From assembly GCA_963720465.1 (NCBI GenBank), contig OY970393.1, positions 1,440,001 through 1,504,000 of the forward strand: DNA of 64,000 nucleotides. The letters are read 5' to 3'. The position numbers were made by a program, and so were the translations under genes. The DNA comes from Methanobacteriota archaeon. GTDB lineage: Archaea > Halobacteriota > Bog-38 > Methanoflorentales > Methanoflorentaceae. Positions 41,425 through 53,135 of the stretch are shown piece by piece (position 1 is the first letter of the stretch; each line of letters begins with the position of its first letter). Under the pieces are notes generated by a model. The model was not told the DNA's origin, ran no database searches, and was given only the letters and a program-made list of their open reading frames with translations.

Positions 41425-42699
41425 ATGACGCTAATTGATCACGCAAAGCAAGGAATCCTCACTGACGAGATGAAGGTTGTCGCCTCTGCCGAGGGAGTAA
41501 CGCCAGAGTTTATCTGTCGCGGAATTGCGAATGGACGGATCGTACTTCCGGTAAGCCCATATCGGGACACTAAACCGATCGGTATTGGCAAGGGGCTTAA
41601 AACGAAGGTTAATGCTTCTGTTGGGACGTCGTCAGACATAGCTGATGTCGATCTCGAAGTCGCAAAAACAAAAGCAGCTGAGGCTGCTGGCGCCGATTCC
41701 ATAATGGAGCTTTCGACCGCTGGCGACTTCTATGAAATCAGACGCAAGGTTATCCAAGCAACTTCCCTCTCCGTCGGAAGCGTACCACTTTATCAAGCGT
41801 TTATTGAAGCAGCACGGGATTCCGGCTCAATCGTTGATATGCGAGAGGATGACCTCTTTAGAGTTACCGAAGAACAAGCAAAACTCGGCACCAACTTTAT
41901 GGCAATTCACACGGGGATAAACTGGGTTACACTCGAAAGGCTCAAGGCTCAGGGACGGCACGCTGGCCTCTGTTCAAGAGGTGGGGCCTTGATGTCGGCC
42001 TGGATGGCGCACAACGAGAAAGAAAACCCGTTGTTTAGCGAATTTGAGTACCTCCTGGAAATCCTCAAGCGACACGATGTCACTCTCAGCATGGGAAATG
42101 GCATGCGCGCGGGCGCTGTGCACGATTCTACTGATAGGGCACAGATTCAAGAGCTAATCATAAATGCCGAGCTCTCTGACAAAGCACACGACTTTGGCGT
42201 GCAAACGATAGTAGAAGGACCAGGGCACATACCGGTCGACGAGATTCAAGCTAACGTTGTGTTGCAGAAGCGCTTAACGGGCGAGAAGCCGTTCTACATG
42301 CTCGGACCTCTCGTGACGGACGTCGCGCCGGGCTATGATAATATCGTGGCGGCGATTGGCGCGGCTCTTTCCTCTTCATATGGCGCTGATTTCATCTGCT
42401 ATGTCACTCCCGCAGAGCACCTTGCGCTGCCATATCCGGAAGACGTGCGCCTCGGGGTAGTGTCAGCTCGCATTGCGGCTCACGTTGGAGACATGATTAA
42501 GCTTGGCGACCGGGATGATGACCTCAAGATGGGAGAAGCACGCAACGAACTCGATTGGGCAAAACAGTTTAAGGCTGCTTTAGATCCACAGACAGCAGCG
42601 CAGGTACGGAAAGAACGAATGCCCTCAGATACAAACACCTGCACTATGTGCGGCGAGTTCTGCGCCTATAAAATCGTCAAGCAGTACTTTGAACTTTGA
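41425..42699 (+). CDS. thiC: Phosphomethylpyrimidine synthase (ThiC family)
   Basis: KVNASVGTS, SRGG, EGPGH, YVTPAEHL, C-terminal CTMCGEFC. Confidence 0.92.
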   Translation: MTLIDHAKQGILTDEMKVVASAEGVTPEFICRGIANGRIVLPVSPYRDTKPIGIGKGLKTKVNASVGTSSDIADVDLEVAKTKAAEAAGADSIMELSTAGDFYEIRRKVIQATSLSVGSVPLYQAFIEAARDSGSIVDMREDDLFRVTEEQAKLGTNFMAIHTGINWVTLERLKAQGRHAGLCSRGGALMSAWMAHNEKENPLFSEFEYLLEILKRHDVTLSMGNGMRAGAVHDSTDRAQIQELIINAELSDKAHDFGVQTIVEGPGHIPVDEIQANVVLQKRLTGEKPFYMLGPLVTDVAPGYDNIVAAIGAALSSSYGADFICYVTPAEHLALPYPEDVRLGVVSARIAAHVGDMIKLGDRDDDLKMGEARNELDWAKQFKAALDPQTAAQVRKERMPSDTNTCTMCGEFCAYKIVKQYFEL

Positions 42700-42851
42700 G
42701 TAAGCTGCTTTCTGCAAACCTCTGATCGCTATTTTTATAGCTGTGATGAATGATGGGTTTACGAGAGAGTATGGCGGGGGGTTCGTGTTCATAGCAAATG
42801 CACTAGCGGTACGCGCGAAATCTCACAGGCGTTCGCGGGCTGCCAGACCAG

Positions 42852-43538
42852 TTACAGTAACTGCAGGTATCTAAGCCCTTCAACGACGCCTAAGCCGTTC
42901 GGTTGCTTGGCGACGTAACTTGCGGCCGCTCGTGCCTTAGGATCTGCGTTGCCGACGGCGACTCCCGTACCAGCCACTTCTAACATTTGAACGTCATTTT
43001 CTGAATCACCGAACGCTGCAAATTTGTTGAGGGGAATGTTAAGTAATTCCGCGACTTTAGCCAAGCCGACACCCTTGTTGACGTGCGCGTCCTTGATGTG
43101 GAGGGCGAACCCCGAATCAACGACGGTAACGTCATCACAGCACTGTGCGACTAGCTTGCGAAATAATTCTACGTCTGAGACCGATAAGGTGTCCCTGCTG
43201 TAGGCAATCTCGGTGACGCGTTCACCAGAGTTGATTCTTTTAAGCGTCAGCACGCCACTGCCTTCGATTTCTCGGGCTGCTCGGCGACATGCGTCAATAT
43301 TGCCGCTGACAATCTTTGATTTGCCGTCAGTAACGATCCCTCCGTTTTCAGCTATCACGGCCGAGATATTGCCGATTGTGACCGCTAGCGCAGTAGCAAA
43401 ACACAAAATGTTGCCAGTCGCTAAAACAACGGGGACGGTTAGCTGTCGAATGGATTCAACTGCGGCCAGCTCCAGTGAGCGGTCGCGAAAGGTTAACGTT
43501 CCGTCTATATCAAACGCTACAGCTTTGATCAAGGTCAC
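42852..43538 (-). CDS. Phosphoglycolate phosphatase (archaeal SPP-like HAD IIB)
   Basis: FDIDGTLT, LATGN, IAENGG, NKG, GDSEND. Confidence 0.88.
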   Translation of the reverse strand: MTLIKAVAFDIDGTLTFRDRSLELAAVESIRQLTVPVVLATGNILCFATALAVTIGNISAVIAENGGIVTDGKSKIVSGNIDACRRAAREIEGSGVLTLKRINSGERVTEIAYSRDTLSVSDVELFRKLVAQCCDDVTVVDSGFALHIKDAHVNKGVGLAKVAELLNIPLNKFAAFGDSENDVQMLEVAGTGVAVGNADPKARAAASYVAKQPNGLGVVEGLRYLQLL

Positions 43539-43586
43539 GGTCGCGGTGGCTTAGGACAACGGCGAAACGCTTGAGCCTGTGCTCGT

Positions 43587-44561
43587 TTAGTCGCGTATTC
43601 CTTCAGACTCCACCGAAAATATCGCTTCACCTTCAGCAAGGTTCGGAGAGTCTACAAGGCGTGCTATGCGTTTGCCTCCTTTCGATTTTCTCAAATACAA
43701 CCTGAAAGTCGCAGTGTGCCCCAATATGTGGCCACCGATCGGTCGGGTTGGATCGCCGAAAAAGGCGTCAGGTTTTGCCTGAACTTGATTAGTGACGAGT
43801 ACGACTGCATTGTTCAACGTTCCAAAACGCATAAGGTCATGCAGGTGCTTGTTCAGCTTTTGCTGCCTGTCTGCAAGCGTACCTCTGCCAACATATTCAG
43901 CTCTAAAATGGGCAGTTAGTGAGTCTACGATAAGAAGTTTTACGGGAAGCTCAGTCGCCTTAAGTTGTTCCGATAGTTCGCTTGCCGCTTCGACGAGGAG
44001 TATTTGGTGATTGGAATTGTGGGCTCGCGCGACGTGGATGTTTCTCAGTACGCCTTCGTGATCGAGATCGAGACCTGCCGCGATCTGGCTGATGCGCTCC
44101 GGTCGAAAGGTGTTCTCGGTGTCAATTAGTATGCACGATCCGTCAAGGCCGCCGCTTTCACGCGCGAGCTGAACGTTCACCGCAAGCTGATGCGCAACTT
44201 GCGTCTTTCCTGAGCCGAATTCTCCGTAAAGCTCGGTAATTGCTTGGGTCTCCATACCCCCGCCAAGCAACTCGTCAAAAGCCTTGCTTCCGGTCGTAAG
44301 TTTGCCTACGTGTCGCCTTCTTTCAAGAATGACGTCGCCTGTCTCAAAACCGCCAATGTCTGCAGCATGGCGAGCCGCTATTATGATCTTGGAGGCGGTA
44401 GCCTCACCGAGATCTGCCGCATTTGATAACTCCGAAGGGGATGCTACGGCAACTGCTTCCACTGAGTTAAAACCAGCTTCCTTCAACTTTTCCGCGGTAG
44501 CAGGGCCTACGCCTGGCAGGTCTTCTATACCAAAACCATCAATTTCTTCTACCTCTTCCAT
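43587..44561 (-). CDS. radA: DNA repair and recombination protein RadA
   Basis: LPGVGP Hh[34 protein letters not shown]. Confidence 0.97.
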   Translation of the reverse strand: MEEVEEIDGFGIEDLPGVGPATAEKLKEAGFNSVEAVAVASPSELSNAADLGEATASKIIIAARHAADIGGFETGDVILERRRHVGKLTTGSKAFDELLGGGMETQAITELYGEFGSGKTQVAHQLAVNVQLARESGGLDGSCILIDTENTFRPERISQIAAGLDLDHEGVLRNIHVARAHNSNHQILLVEAASELSEQLKATELPVKLLIVDSLTAHFRAEYVGRGTLADRQQKLNKHLHDLMRFGTLNNAVVLVTNQVQAKPDAFFGDPTRPIGGHILGHTATFRLYLRKSKGGKRIARLVDSPNLAEGEAIFSVESEGIRD

Positions 44562-44670
44562 CTACCCAACCTCCCCTTTTTTTGCAACCCTTGAAGAGTC
44601 TTGTACGCTAATCACTTGTTGCCCTCTAAAGACTTTTGAGTGCAGAGCGAAAGTGTTGCATTTCCGTCCA

Positions 44671-46095
44671 TCAAATTGATGAATGAAACTCATTGAGCCT
44701 TCTCTTGATTGTCTCGAGCTTTCGCAAAGCCACGTCCTGCGGCAGTTTTGCTATGCTTTTCGCCTCAAACTTGTCGTTCGTTTTGATGCCGACAACCGTA
44801 ACCTCATCCCCGACGGTCAGCGCCAGATTGTCGAATGCTTTATCAAAAGTCACGTAATCGACCCCGTTATCGACACACACGGCCATAGCCGATGATATGA
44901 CTGTCCCCGTAATGCCGGCATCGACACTTTCTTGTGGGGCCGCGTGCTCTTTTTGGGCGCGTCCGCTCTTATCTGCTAAGCATACGCCGCTTCTCCAGTC
45001 TACACTCAGTTCGAGCTGATTGTTAAGTCCATTTTTCGGCATGCAATCGCGCAGTGTGATCTGGCTGTGTGTATCCTCTTCGGAGATCGCTAGCGCTTTT
45101 TCGCCCCAAAGGGCAACTCGTATTTCACCCGTATCGTCGCTCACCATTATGTTTCTGACTTTTCCTGCACTGCCATTACTTCTGGTGAATTCGCGGAGCG
45201 CTCCCACCTCTTCGATGGTTCCCGCGACGGTACACGGGCTTTCCACCTGGACGTCCCGAATAGGGATGAACTTCTCAACGAACTCAATACGCCCCGTCCC
45301 TTTTTGGAGCGATCCCCGATTACCTACGTGCACTTCGAGCCGTCCGTAGCGCTCGCGGGTATACCCGTTCTTGATGTCGAGCACGTCTCCCGAAACAAAA
45401 TCAGCCACAGTCTCAGCAATATCGTCCCAAAGCGTTACGCGCACCCTTCCCGTTTCATCGCCTATCGTCACGTTCGTGACCTTTCCAACGGAACCATCGC
45501 GCTTAGAAAAAGCACGCACCGGCTCAGCCTCCAGTATCACCCCGCTTACGTTAACCCCGTTTAGCCCTGCGATGAGGTTGGCGATGCCCTCCGTGCCCTT
45601 AGGAAGCTCGATTTCGGTTTTGGCGACTGACTCATCGACCTCAATTTCTCGTGCATTTACTTCTATGCCGTATCCCCCGTCCCTCGCGACTCCCGCAATC
45701 TTCAGAGTCTGCCCAATTTGAAGCTCTTCGACGTGTTGCGCGAGGTCATTCCACAAAACTACGCGAATTGAACCCGTTGCGTCCGACACGACGAGATTGG
45801 CAACATATCCTACATCGCCGTCGCGGGAGAACTCTCGTGTCGGCGAGACACGCGTGAGCTTGCCAACAAATGCGACAGTTCCCGTTTGTGCATCAATTTG
45901 TGCGATCTGCACGACCGTGTCGATACCGAGCTCGTGGGCGACAAGCAATGCCGCCGTCTTCTCGTCACACAAGCCCGACATGTCCTCCACCTTCTGCCGC
46001 ACTCTAGCCGCGAACTCGTCTTTCGAGATTGTGGTGGTCAGGCGCTGGTAGATGCTCGCCAAGTCATCGGAGAGAACGTCCATATTTCCTTGCAC
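44671..46095 (-). CDS. rpa: Replication protein A (multiple OB folds)
   Basis: Three repeats of F.R.DG..G.V....D.TG.IRV.LW. Lies upstream of radA. Confidence 0.9.
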   Translation of the reverse strand: MQGNMDVLSDDLASIYQRLTTTISKDEFAARVRQKVEDMSGLCDEKTAALLVAHELGIDTVVQIAQIDAQTGTVAFVGKLTRVSPTREFSRDGDVGYVANLVVSDATGSIRVVLWNDLAQHVEELQIGQTLKIAGVARDGGYGIEVNAREIEVDESVAKTEIELPKGTEGIANLIAGLNGVNVSGVILEAEPVRAFSKRDGSVGKVTNVTIGDETGRVRVTLWDDIAETVADFVSGDVLDIKNGYTRERYGRLEVHVGNRGSLQKGTGRIEFVEKFIPIRDVQVESPCTVAGTIEEVGALREFTRSNGSAGKVRNIMVSDDTGEIRVALWGEKALAISEEDTHSQITLRDCMPKNGLNNQLELSVDWRSGVCLADKSGRAQKEHAAPQESVDAGITGTVISSAMAVCVDNGVDYVTFDKAFDNLALTVGDEVTVVGIKTNDKFEAKSIAKLPQDVALRKLETIKRRLNEFHSSI

Positions 46096-46323
46096 TTACC
46101 GTAGTACACGCCCTTATCTTAATAACTTTGTCAAAAGAGATACAGGCACGTACGAAGCCCAACAAGGCAGTGAAAGGGAGAGAGACCCTTGAGAGAACGG
46201 GGTATCACTGAGGCACGGTTGCCGTACGCGTAGCCTCTTTCCGCGATGAAATATTTTTATACTTTCTTCGCGTGTTATGAGAGCGGCCTACGCGTTGTTT
46301 TTTGCATAAGGGGCAAATCGAGA

Positions 46324-47568
46324 ATGGGGCAAACCATTTCCGAGAAGATATTCTCGAAATCTGTGGGAAGAACCGTGAAAGCGGGGGATTTTGTCGAAGC
46401 TGCAATAGATGTCGCTATGATTCACGATATTACTGGACCTCTTGCAGTAAAGACCCTCTATGAAATTACAGACCGGGTATGGGATCCTACAAAAGTAATC
46501 ATGCTTTTTGACCACCAAGTACCTGCTGACTCGATCGACGCCGCAGTCAATCACTTGGAGCTTCGGAAGTTTGCAAAAAGACAGGGGATCCTCAACTATG
46601 ATGTGCAAGAGGGAGTGTGCCACCAGGTCATGGTCGAAAAGGGGCACGTGCTTCCAGGGGAGCTTATTATCGGCGCTGACTCGCATACCTGCACGTACGG
46701 GGCTCTAGGAGCGTTTGCGACAGGTGTCGGCTCAACCGACATGGGGGTCGCCCTTGCTTCGGGAAAGCTCTGGTTCAAAGTGCCAGAGACCCTCGCATTC
46801 GATATTAATGGAAGCCTTGGACGGCGTGTGTATGCCAAAGATCTGATACTCACTATCGTTGGCGACATCGGCATAAATGGCGCCACCTACCAGGCGTGTG
46901 AGTTTCGTGGTGACGCTGTCAAGCACATGGACATCGCGAATCGGATGACCGTGTGCAACATGGCAATTGAAATGGGAGGAAAAACGGGGATAATCGCCCC
47001 CGACGAAACGACAGCCACATTCTTGGAAGAGCGAGCAATCGACGGAGACTTCGCTCTACGCTCAGATGATGATGCGACAAAAGTTGTGCGAGGCTATGCT
47101 GCGACTGAGATGGTGCCGATGGTCGCAAAGCCCCATCAAGTCGACAACGTAGTGCCTGTTACAGACGTCGAAGGGCAGCATATAGATCAGGTCTTCATTG
47201 GTTCGTGCACAAACGGTCGGTACGAAGATCTAAAAGCGGCTGCGGAGTTACTGGAAGGCGAGAAAGTGGCACGTGGAGTGCGGATGATAATCATCCCGGC
47301 TTCGAGAACCGAGTACCAGAGAGCGCTTAAAACGGGCCTTATGGATATCTTTACCGACAGTGGCGCCCTCGTAGAGGCCCCGTGTTGCGGGCCGTGTATG
47401 GGTGGGTCATTTGGGATACTAGGTCCCGGCGAGGTGGGTCTAAGCACTTCAAACAGAAACTTCGTCGGAAGACAGGGAAGCCCTGGGGCTTCAGTATACC
47501 TCTGTTCACCGGCGACGGCTGCAGCGTCCGCGATCGACGGCGTAATAACCGATCCGAGGTCGCACTAG
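46324..47568 (+). CDS. leuC: 3-isopropylmalate/homoaconitate dehydratase large subunit
   Basis: [34 protein letters not shown]. Confidence 0.9.
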   Translation: MGQTISEKIFSKSVGRTVKAGDFVEAAIDVAMIHDITGPLAVKTLYEITDRVWDPTKVIMLFDHQVPADSIDAAVNHLELRKFAKRQGILNYDVQEGVCHQVMVEKGHVLPGELIIGADSHTCTYGALGAFATGVGSTDMGVALASGKLWFKVPETLAFDINGSLGRRVYAKDLILTIVGDIGINGATYQACEFRGDAVKHMDIANRMTVCNMAIEMGGKTGIIAPDETTATFLEERAIDGDFALRSDDDATKVVRGYAATEMVPMVAKPHQVDNVVPVTDVEGQHIDQVFIGSCTNGRYEDLKAAAELLEGEKVARGVRMIIIPASRTEYQRALKTGLMDIFTDSGALVEAPCCGPCMGGSFGILGPGEVGLSTSNRNFVGRQGSPGASVYLCSPATAAASAIDGVITDPRSH

Positions 47569-47598
47569 GAGTGGAACATGACACGACCCAAAGGGGGC

Positions 47599-48120
47599 AT
47601 GACGGGTAGGGCTTGGAAGTTTGGCGATAACGTTGACACGGATGCCATCATTCCAGGTAAGTATCTGGTCCTCAACTCGTCACAAGATCTCGCAAAGCAC
47701 GCGTTCGAAAATGTCCGCCCCAACTTTGCTCATCAGGTCGTCAACGGCGACATCATCGTCGCTGGAGAGAACTTTGGCTGCGGTTCCTCAAGAGAGCACG
47801 CGCCTTTGGCTCTAAGAGATAACGTCAGCATCGTTATTGCGCGTTCGTTCGCACGGATCTTTTTTCGAAATGCCATAAACATCGGACTGCCTGTCGTCGA
47901 ATGCGACACAACCGAAATCGAAGATGGAGATATTCTGCACGTCGATTTGGAAAAGGGCAGCATCTACGACGAGACTAGAAAAAAGGAGTATGCGATGACG
48001 CCTTTTCCGCCGTTTATAAAGAACATCATAGAAGCGGGTGGACTCGTCGAATACGTGAAAAGCGGTACGCAGCTTAAAAAGCGGGAGCCCCGCGAAACTG
48101 AGACGGATTTGTCGTGGTGA
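47599..48120 (+). CDS. leuD: 3-isopropylmalate/homoaconitate dehydratase small subunit
   Basis: [33 protein letters not shown]. Confidence 0.9.
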   Translation: MTGRAWKFGDNVDTDAIIPGKYLVLNSSQDLAKHAFENVRPNFAHQVVNGDIIVAGENFGCGSSREHAPLALRDNVSIVIARSFARIFFRNAINIGLPVVECDTTEIEDGDILHVDLEKGSIYDETRKKEYAMTPFPPFIKNIIEAGGLVEYVKSGTQLKKREPRETETDLSW

Positions 48121-48161
48121 CCTGTTTCACTGCTTCCCGAACACCTTATGGTGAAGCCAAA

Positions 48162-49301
48162 ATGAAGACGTACAAAATCCCGATAATCGCTGGAGACGGC
48201 GTCGGACCGGAGGTCGTCGCCGAAGGGAAGAAGACTCTCGAAGCGACCGGCCGTATGTATGGGTTCGATATCGAGTGGAAAGAGTACCCGTACGGAGCAG
48301 AGCATTACCTCGCAACGGGAGAGCTTTTGTCAGAGGATGCGCTCAAAGAGCTGAGCGACTATCGCGCTATCTACCTCGGCTCGGTCGGCGACGCGCGCGT
48401 CCCCCCTGGAGTCCTCGAGCGCGGAATACTCTTCGCACTGAGGTTCTACTTCGATCAATACGTAAATCTCCGTCCTATTCGGCTGCTAGAAGGCGTAGAG
48501 ACACCAATTCGAGATAAGGGCCCTGATGATATTGATTATGTGGTAGTGCGCGAGAACTCTGAAGACCTCTACGTGGGGGTGGGGGGCCGTGTCAGGAAAG
48601 GCAGCGTCCACCGCGATGCAGATGTAACCCGCAACCTATACAACGTAAAGTTCGGCCTTGACATCGACTCTGATAGCGACGAAATAGCCTATCAGCTGGG
48701 GCTAATATCAGCTGAGGGCACGAAGCGCATTATGCGGTACGCTTTTGAGCTGGCAACCCGAAGAGGGAAGCACCTATCGAGCGTCGACAAGATGAACGCG
48801 ATGACGGACATTTATGGCTTTTGGCGTCAGATATTCACCGAAACGGCCTCGCGTTATCCAGAAGTTCAGACCGATTTTAACCTCGTCGACGCAATGACGA
48901 TGTGGCTGGTGAAGAATCCCGAATGGTTTGACGTCGTTGTAGCTCCAAACTTGTTCGGCGATATAATAACGGACTTAGGGGCTATGGTGCAAGGGGGTCT
49001 AGGGCTTGCTCCTGGCGGTAACATAAACCCTGAAGGAACGTCAATGTTTGAACCGATTCACGGATCAGCGCCAAAATATAAGGGACTCAACAAAGTCAAC
49101 CCGATTGCTACGATTTGGGCAGGGGCAATGCTCCTTGAGAGTCTTGGCGAAATGCAAGCTGCGAACGGCGTTATGAACGCTATTCAACGCAACCTGCGCG
49201 AACGTAAAGTGCGAACGTTTGACCTTGGAGGCAGCTCGACCACATCAGAAGTCGGTAGTGACATAGCGAGATACGTCGAAAGCGCCCACCGCTTAGATTG
49301 A
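48162..49301 (+). CDS. leuB: 3-isopropylmalate/isocitrate family dehydrogenase
   Basis: [37 protein letters not shown]. Confidence 0.88.
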   Translation: MKTYKIPIIAGDGVGPEVVAEGKKTLEATGRMYGFDIEWKEYPYGAEHYLATGELLSEDALKELSDYRAIYLGSVGDARVPPGVLERGILFALRFYFDQYVNLRPIRLLEGVETPIRDKGPDDIDYVVVRENSEDLYVGVGGRVRKGSVHRDADVTRNLYNVKFGLDIDSDSDEIAYQLGLISAEGTKRIMRYAFELATRRGKHLSSVDKMNAMTDIYGFWRQIFTETASRYPEVQTDFNLVDAMTMWLVKNPEWFDVVVAPNLFGDIITDLGAMVQGGLGLAPGGNINPEGTSMFEPIHGSAPKYKGLNKVNPIATIWAGAMLLESLGEMQAANGVMNAIQRNLRERKVRTFDLGGSSTTSEVGSDIARYVESAHRLD

Positions 49302-49339
49302 ATACCGATTTATACCCTTAAGCACATAGACATATGCGA

Positions 49340-49411
49340 GTCCTGGTGGGGTAGTGGATATCCTATGAGCCTGCGGAGCTCAAGACTCGGGTTCAAATCC
49401 CGGCCGGGACG
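49340..49411 (+). tRNA. tRNA-Arg(GCG)
   Basis: Acceptor GTCCTGG/CCGGGAC, anticodon stem TGAGC/GCTCA with loop CT-GCG-GA, GTTCAAATC. Confidence 0.95.
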
Positions 49412-49510
49412 CTCTATTTTTGCGCAAAAAATACCTATCTTGGAACGCGAACCAAAATCAACGCGAGGCTTGAATTGAGTGAGACTATTGCACACCCATA
49501 TGGGCTATGC

Positions 49511-50126
49511 TTAGGTCTTCCCACCAGGCGGAAAGTGGATGTTGAAACTGTAGCCAAAGGCTTCTAACCCCAGTCTCTGGTAAAACTTGTGGCTACCTTC
49601 CCTGTGCACGCTGCTTGAGAGAATAACCCGAAAACATCCTCGGGCTCGCGCAAGACCTATTGCGTGGTGCATCAATGACGCACCAATGCGACTTTCGAGC
49701 TCGTTCGTCTACCACGACGTTCTCAATAACTGCCCAAGGCCTGCCACAATGTGACAGGTTTGGGATCATTGAGATCGCTATCGTTCCGACAACCGCCCCG
49801 GCTGATTCGGCCACAAACACATAGCTGTCCGGGCTTCGTTTGATTTCCGAAAATGCCTCATAATGCGCGGAGAGCAGCTCCCTTCTGTTCTCTGAAGCTT
49901 GATCCGTGTTTGAGAAGAGCTGAGCGTACAGCTCCAAAATGCATTGCAAATCATCTAAGGTTGCTTCTCGTACTACCAGATCATCTCGTTGTGGCCGCTG
50001 AGCGACTTCCAAATTTGTATCCTCGCTGTAAGTTACTAGACTTGAGTGCCGAATTCGTGCAGCTGCGATTGCACCGAAGCTGGGCGTATTTTGGACGAGC
50101 GCAGAGAGAGTTGTTGCTGATTGCAC
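49511..50126 (-). CDS. GNAT N-acetyltransferase (frameshift near 49692)
   Basis: VREATLDDL, IENVVVD. The shifted frame gives RIGASLM..A...AR.RGC....LSS...R..SH.FYQRLG, ending at 49511. Confidence 0.8.
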
Positions 50127-50129
50127 TGG

Positions 50130-50893
50130 CTATGCTTTGCTCTGTCTATTTGCATCCCGAATTGCTCGCCTTATCACGTCCGTTTCTTCAGAACGAAACA
50201 CTGAACAGTCGCGATCCTCATAGCTGATACCACGCACGATAACGATCGGGGTACCCCTGCTGCCTCCCCCATCATGAGGTTGGCCAGACCAGCTATTTCG
50301 TCACCAACACCCTCATTGGTTATTTCTAGCGCTTTCCCTTCAAGATCTTTCACGCCGCGCCAGTCTTTCATCGCAGCAATTCCGGCAAACCCTATGCCGA
50401 CTCCGATTTGTCCTTCGCGAAAGGACCTACCGCAGGTATCCGTGATGATCACTGCAACGTTTTTCCCAAACCGGTCTTTTATCCGATCGCGCAGCTGACG
50501 TGCATTTTCAGAGGGGTCGCGTGGAAGGAGCAAAACAAAACCTTCAGCCACGTTTGAGCGGTCCAACCCAGCATTGACACAGACCTGACCAAACTTGCTC
50601 ACAACAAGAAAGAACGGTTTCTCGATCAGGATCTCAGTTGTTTCGCCGAGCACGGCTTCGATGAAACGGGGATCCTCGTGAAGTCCTGCAGCGATTCTAT
50701 AAGCCGGCTCGCTAGGGGAGAAAGTTTCCAAACTCTGCATCAACCCTTCAGCCTTAGAGGTGATGGTCGAGGCAACGACGACGACGTCCCCGTCGCGAAG
50801 GTCAGCGTCCTGCAGAAAATCTGTTATGTCGTCTCCTTCTTTTACACGAGGGACATTGTCGACCGTAAATGCCTCAATTATCACGCGAATCAC
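50130..50893 (-). CDS. cofE: Coenzyme F420-0:L-glutamate ligase (frameshift in G-run near 50255)
   Basis: SKAEG, NAGLDRSN, DTCGRSFREGQ, DEIA.LANL.MGEA. The conserved GTPIVIVRG appears in a shifted frame ending at 50130. Confidence 0.88.
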
Positions 50894-51050
50894 AAGCGGC
50901 TTACATTCATCGGCAGTACCCGGAAAAAATATTTATCGTCTAAATAGCTCATGCATCGGTGACGGCGCATGATGAGAGTTACCCCCACCGAGCACAAGAT
51001 GAAGAGAGAACCTGTCTGATGCCGTCAATCCGCTTTAGCCATACGCTGGC

Positions 51051-51461
51051 TTACTCGATAGAAATAAGCTTCTTGTCAGCAATTCCAATCTTTGGCAGGT
51101 GAACTTCGAGCACGCCGTTGAAGAAGCTCGCGCGAGCGGCAGCGTCGTCGATGTTCGTAGGGAGCTTGATGGAGCGGTAATATTCGCGAGGGGCGCGTTC
51201 TCGTATGAGGTGGTCGTCATCGTCATATTTTGAAGTTCGTTCCGCCGTGATTTCCACCATGTCGCTGCTGCCTTCAAGCTTGACATCATCCTTGCTAACT
51301 CCTGGAAGATCAACCAAAACAACGATTTCCCCAGGGAGGTCGATGAGGTCGACGGGCGGCGTTGAGGTAATCGGTCCTACATACTCGTCGTGGTCATCCT
51401 CCAAGAGCCCATCCATCTTGCTACGGATATTGCTCAGCGGGCTTATTTCCTTCCAAGACAT
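51051..51461 (-). CDS. Small heat shock protein (Hsp20)
   Basis: PPVDL, DLPGVSK, RSIKLP, ASFFNGVLEVHLPK. Confidence 0.92.
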   Translation of the reverse strand: MSWKEISPLSNIRSKMDGLLEDDHDEYVGPITSTPPVDLIDLPGEIVVLVDLPGVSKDDVKLEGSSDMVEITAERTSKYDDDDHLIRERAPREYYRSIKLPTNIDDAAARASFFNGVLEVHLPKIGIADKKLISIE

Positions 51462-51861
51462 GTCAACTTCTCCGCACTTCTTTTCTCGGTGCAGATATAA
51501 AACAATATGCTATTTGTGCTGTTAGTCACGCATTATGCGGCATTTCTGACTGAACTTGTGCTAGCACGGCATCATGAGGGCCTAAATGGAAAATGGCCAA
51601 GATGCAATATTAGCGCGATTCGCGGGCGAAATACTCTTTTTGCCGCGCCACACGTCAGACCAAAAAGATTTTATTGCTTCAGCTTGTTTTAAGAGTGACG
51701 TCTCGCTCAAGCCATTTCTGGATTACGCACGCCGGCCGAATTCTCACAGAGTTCGAGGCCCAAAGTCCTGAGACTAGGGAGACGAAATAGTTGAAAAAAA
51801 ACCGAGATTCATTGAGTACACAAATCTCATCTAAGAACTCGAACTATTTTGGAGGTGAAAA

Positions 51862-52491
51862 ATGGTCAGTAAGAAACTCTTTTCTGCTGTGGTGGCAACC
51901 GCAGTGATTCTTTCAATCGTTGCAGCGTCGAGTATCGCTTTCGCGCAAGAGCCGACCAATACAATTACTGTGACGGCAGCTAGTACCTCAGATTTATCAA
52001 CGCTAGTAGGTCTCCTCAAGGTCGCAAATTTGACGGAGACGCTGAACAACACTACCGTAAACTACACTGTTCTCGCGCCGACCAACGCTGCTTTCGCAAA
52101 GCTCAACAACACGACGATCGCCAACTTGAAGAATAACACGCCGGAGCTCACGCAGGTTCTATTAAACCACGTTATTCTAGGCAAAGTCAACTTCACGAAG
52201 AATGGCACGGTCACTACGCTCGCAGGAAACTCGATCTCATACACTGTCAACGGCACCAAGGTGCAGTTCACCAACGGTTATAACGCGACTATAACCCAAG
52301 CGAACGTTACCGCCACAAACGGCGTCATTGACGAGATCAGCAGCGTGTTAGTTCCACCGACCGTAACGACGACTGCGGCCGCGACAACAACAACGAGCAG
52401 CGGATTCCTTGGATTGCCGGGATTTGAAGCGATCTACGGAGTAGTAGGTCTGTTGGTTGTTGCGTATTTGGTGTTGCAGCGTAGAAAGTAA
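51862..52491 (+). CDS. Fasciclin (FAS1) surface protein with PGF-CTERM anchor
   Basis: Signal peptide, YTVLAPTNAAF, LLNHVI, ATNGVIDEISSVL, LPGF + TM + QRRK. Confidence 0.92.
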   Translation: MVSKKLFSAVVATAVILSIVAASSIAFAQEPTNTITVTAASTSDLSTLVGLLKVANLTETLNNTTVNYTVLAPTNAAFAKLNNTTIANLKNNTPELTQVLLNHVILGKVNFTKNGTVTTLAGNSISYTVNGTKVQFTNGYNATITQANVTATNGVIDEISSVLVPPTVTTTAAATTTTSSGFLGLPGFEAIYGVVGLLVVAYLVLQRRK

Positions 52492-52510
52492 GCTCCTTAG
52501 CTGCATACGT

Positions 52511-52553
52511 AGGTGAGTCTAGCACTCGGCTGGACTCGCGCCTTTATTTTTTT
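52511..52553 (+). terminator. Conserved hairpin plus T-tract (copy 1 of 4)
   Basis: GAGTCTAGC-ACTCG-GCTGGACTC stem, then TTTATTTTTTT. Confidence 0.7.
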
Positions 52554-52604
52554 ACTTTTGCTGTCTGTTTGCCCGAACACGAATTACGGAAGTGATGCCT
52601 AAAA

Positions 52605-52886
52605 ATGCAAAAAAAAGTGGTTACCTTCGGTCTAGTGGTGTTATTGCTATGGGCTTGTACTGCAATACCCGCGCTTGGGCAGGTGACATTTCACCCCGTG
52701 ACGAATCAAGCTGAGCTTAACAACTTGACCAAGATGCTTAACAATACATCAGAGTCAGCAAACAGCACCGGGAATGCGACAACATCAACGAGCAGCGGGT
52801 TCCTTGGATTGCCGGGATTTGAAGCGATCTACGGAGTAGTAGGTCTGTTGGTTGTTGCGTATTTGGTGTTGCAGCGTAGAAAGTAA
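52605..52886 (+). CDS. Small PGF-CTERM surface glycoprotein
   Basis: Distinct signal peptide, Asn/Ser/Thr-rich body, PGF-CTERM identical to copy 1. Confidence 0.85.
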   Translation: MQKKVVTFGLVVLLLWACTAIPALGQVTFHPVTNQAELNNLTKMLNNTSESANSTGNATTSTSSGFLGLPGFEAIYGVVGLLVVAYLVLQRRK

Positions 52887-52905
52887 GCTCCTTAGCTGCA
52901 TACGT

Positions 52906-52952
52906 AGGTGAGTCTAGCACTCGGCTGGACTCGCGCCTTTCTTCTTTCTTTT
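52906..52952 (+). terminator. Conserved hairpin plus pyrimidine tract (copy 2)
   Basis: Same hairpin, then CTTTCTTCTTTCTTTT. Confidence 0.7.
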
Positions 52953-52984
52953 CTGATTCCAAGAACTGGCGGGCGCCATCAGCC

Positions 52985-53065
52985 CGCGTGACTTGCTGAT
53001 TATAAGGCGTTGTACGCGGTAGCGGGGTGCTTGGCTTTGTATATCTAAGTTGCGCGCGCAGGAAC
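52985..53065 (+). pseudogene. Highly degenerate orphan PGF-CTERM coding segment
   Basis: CTTGCTGATT..AAGGCG.TGTACGCGGTAGCGGG..TTGG..TAT..GTTGC..AGGAA aligns with the anchor sequence. Confidence 0.5.
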
Positions 53066-53135
53066 GACAAAGCAAAGCTTATTGCGCATGTCAAGCATGA
53101 TTCTGTGAAAGTTAGGTTTATACTGGAGGTGAAAA

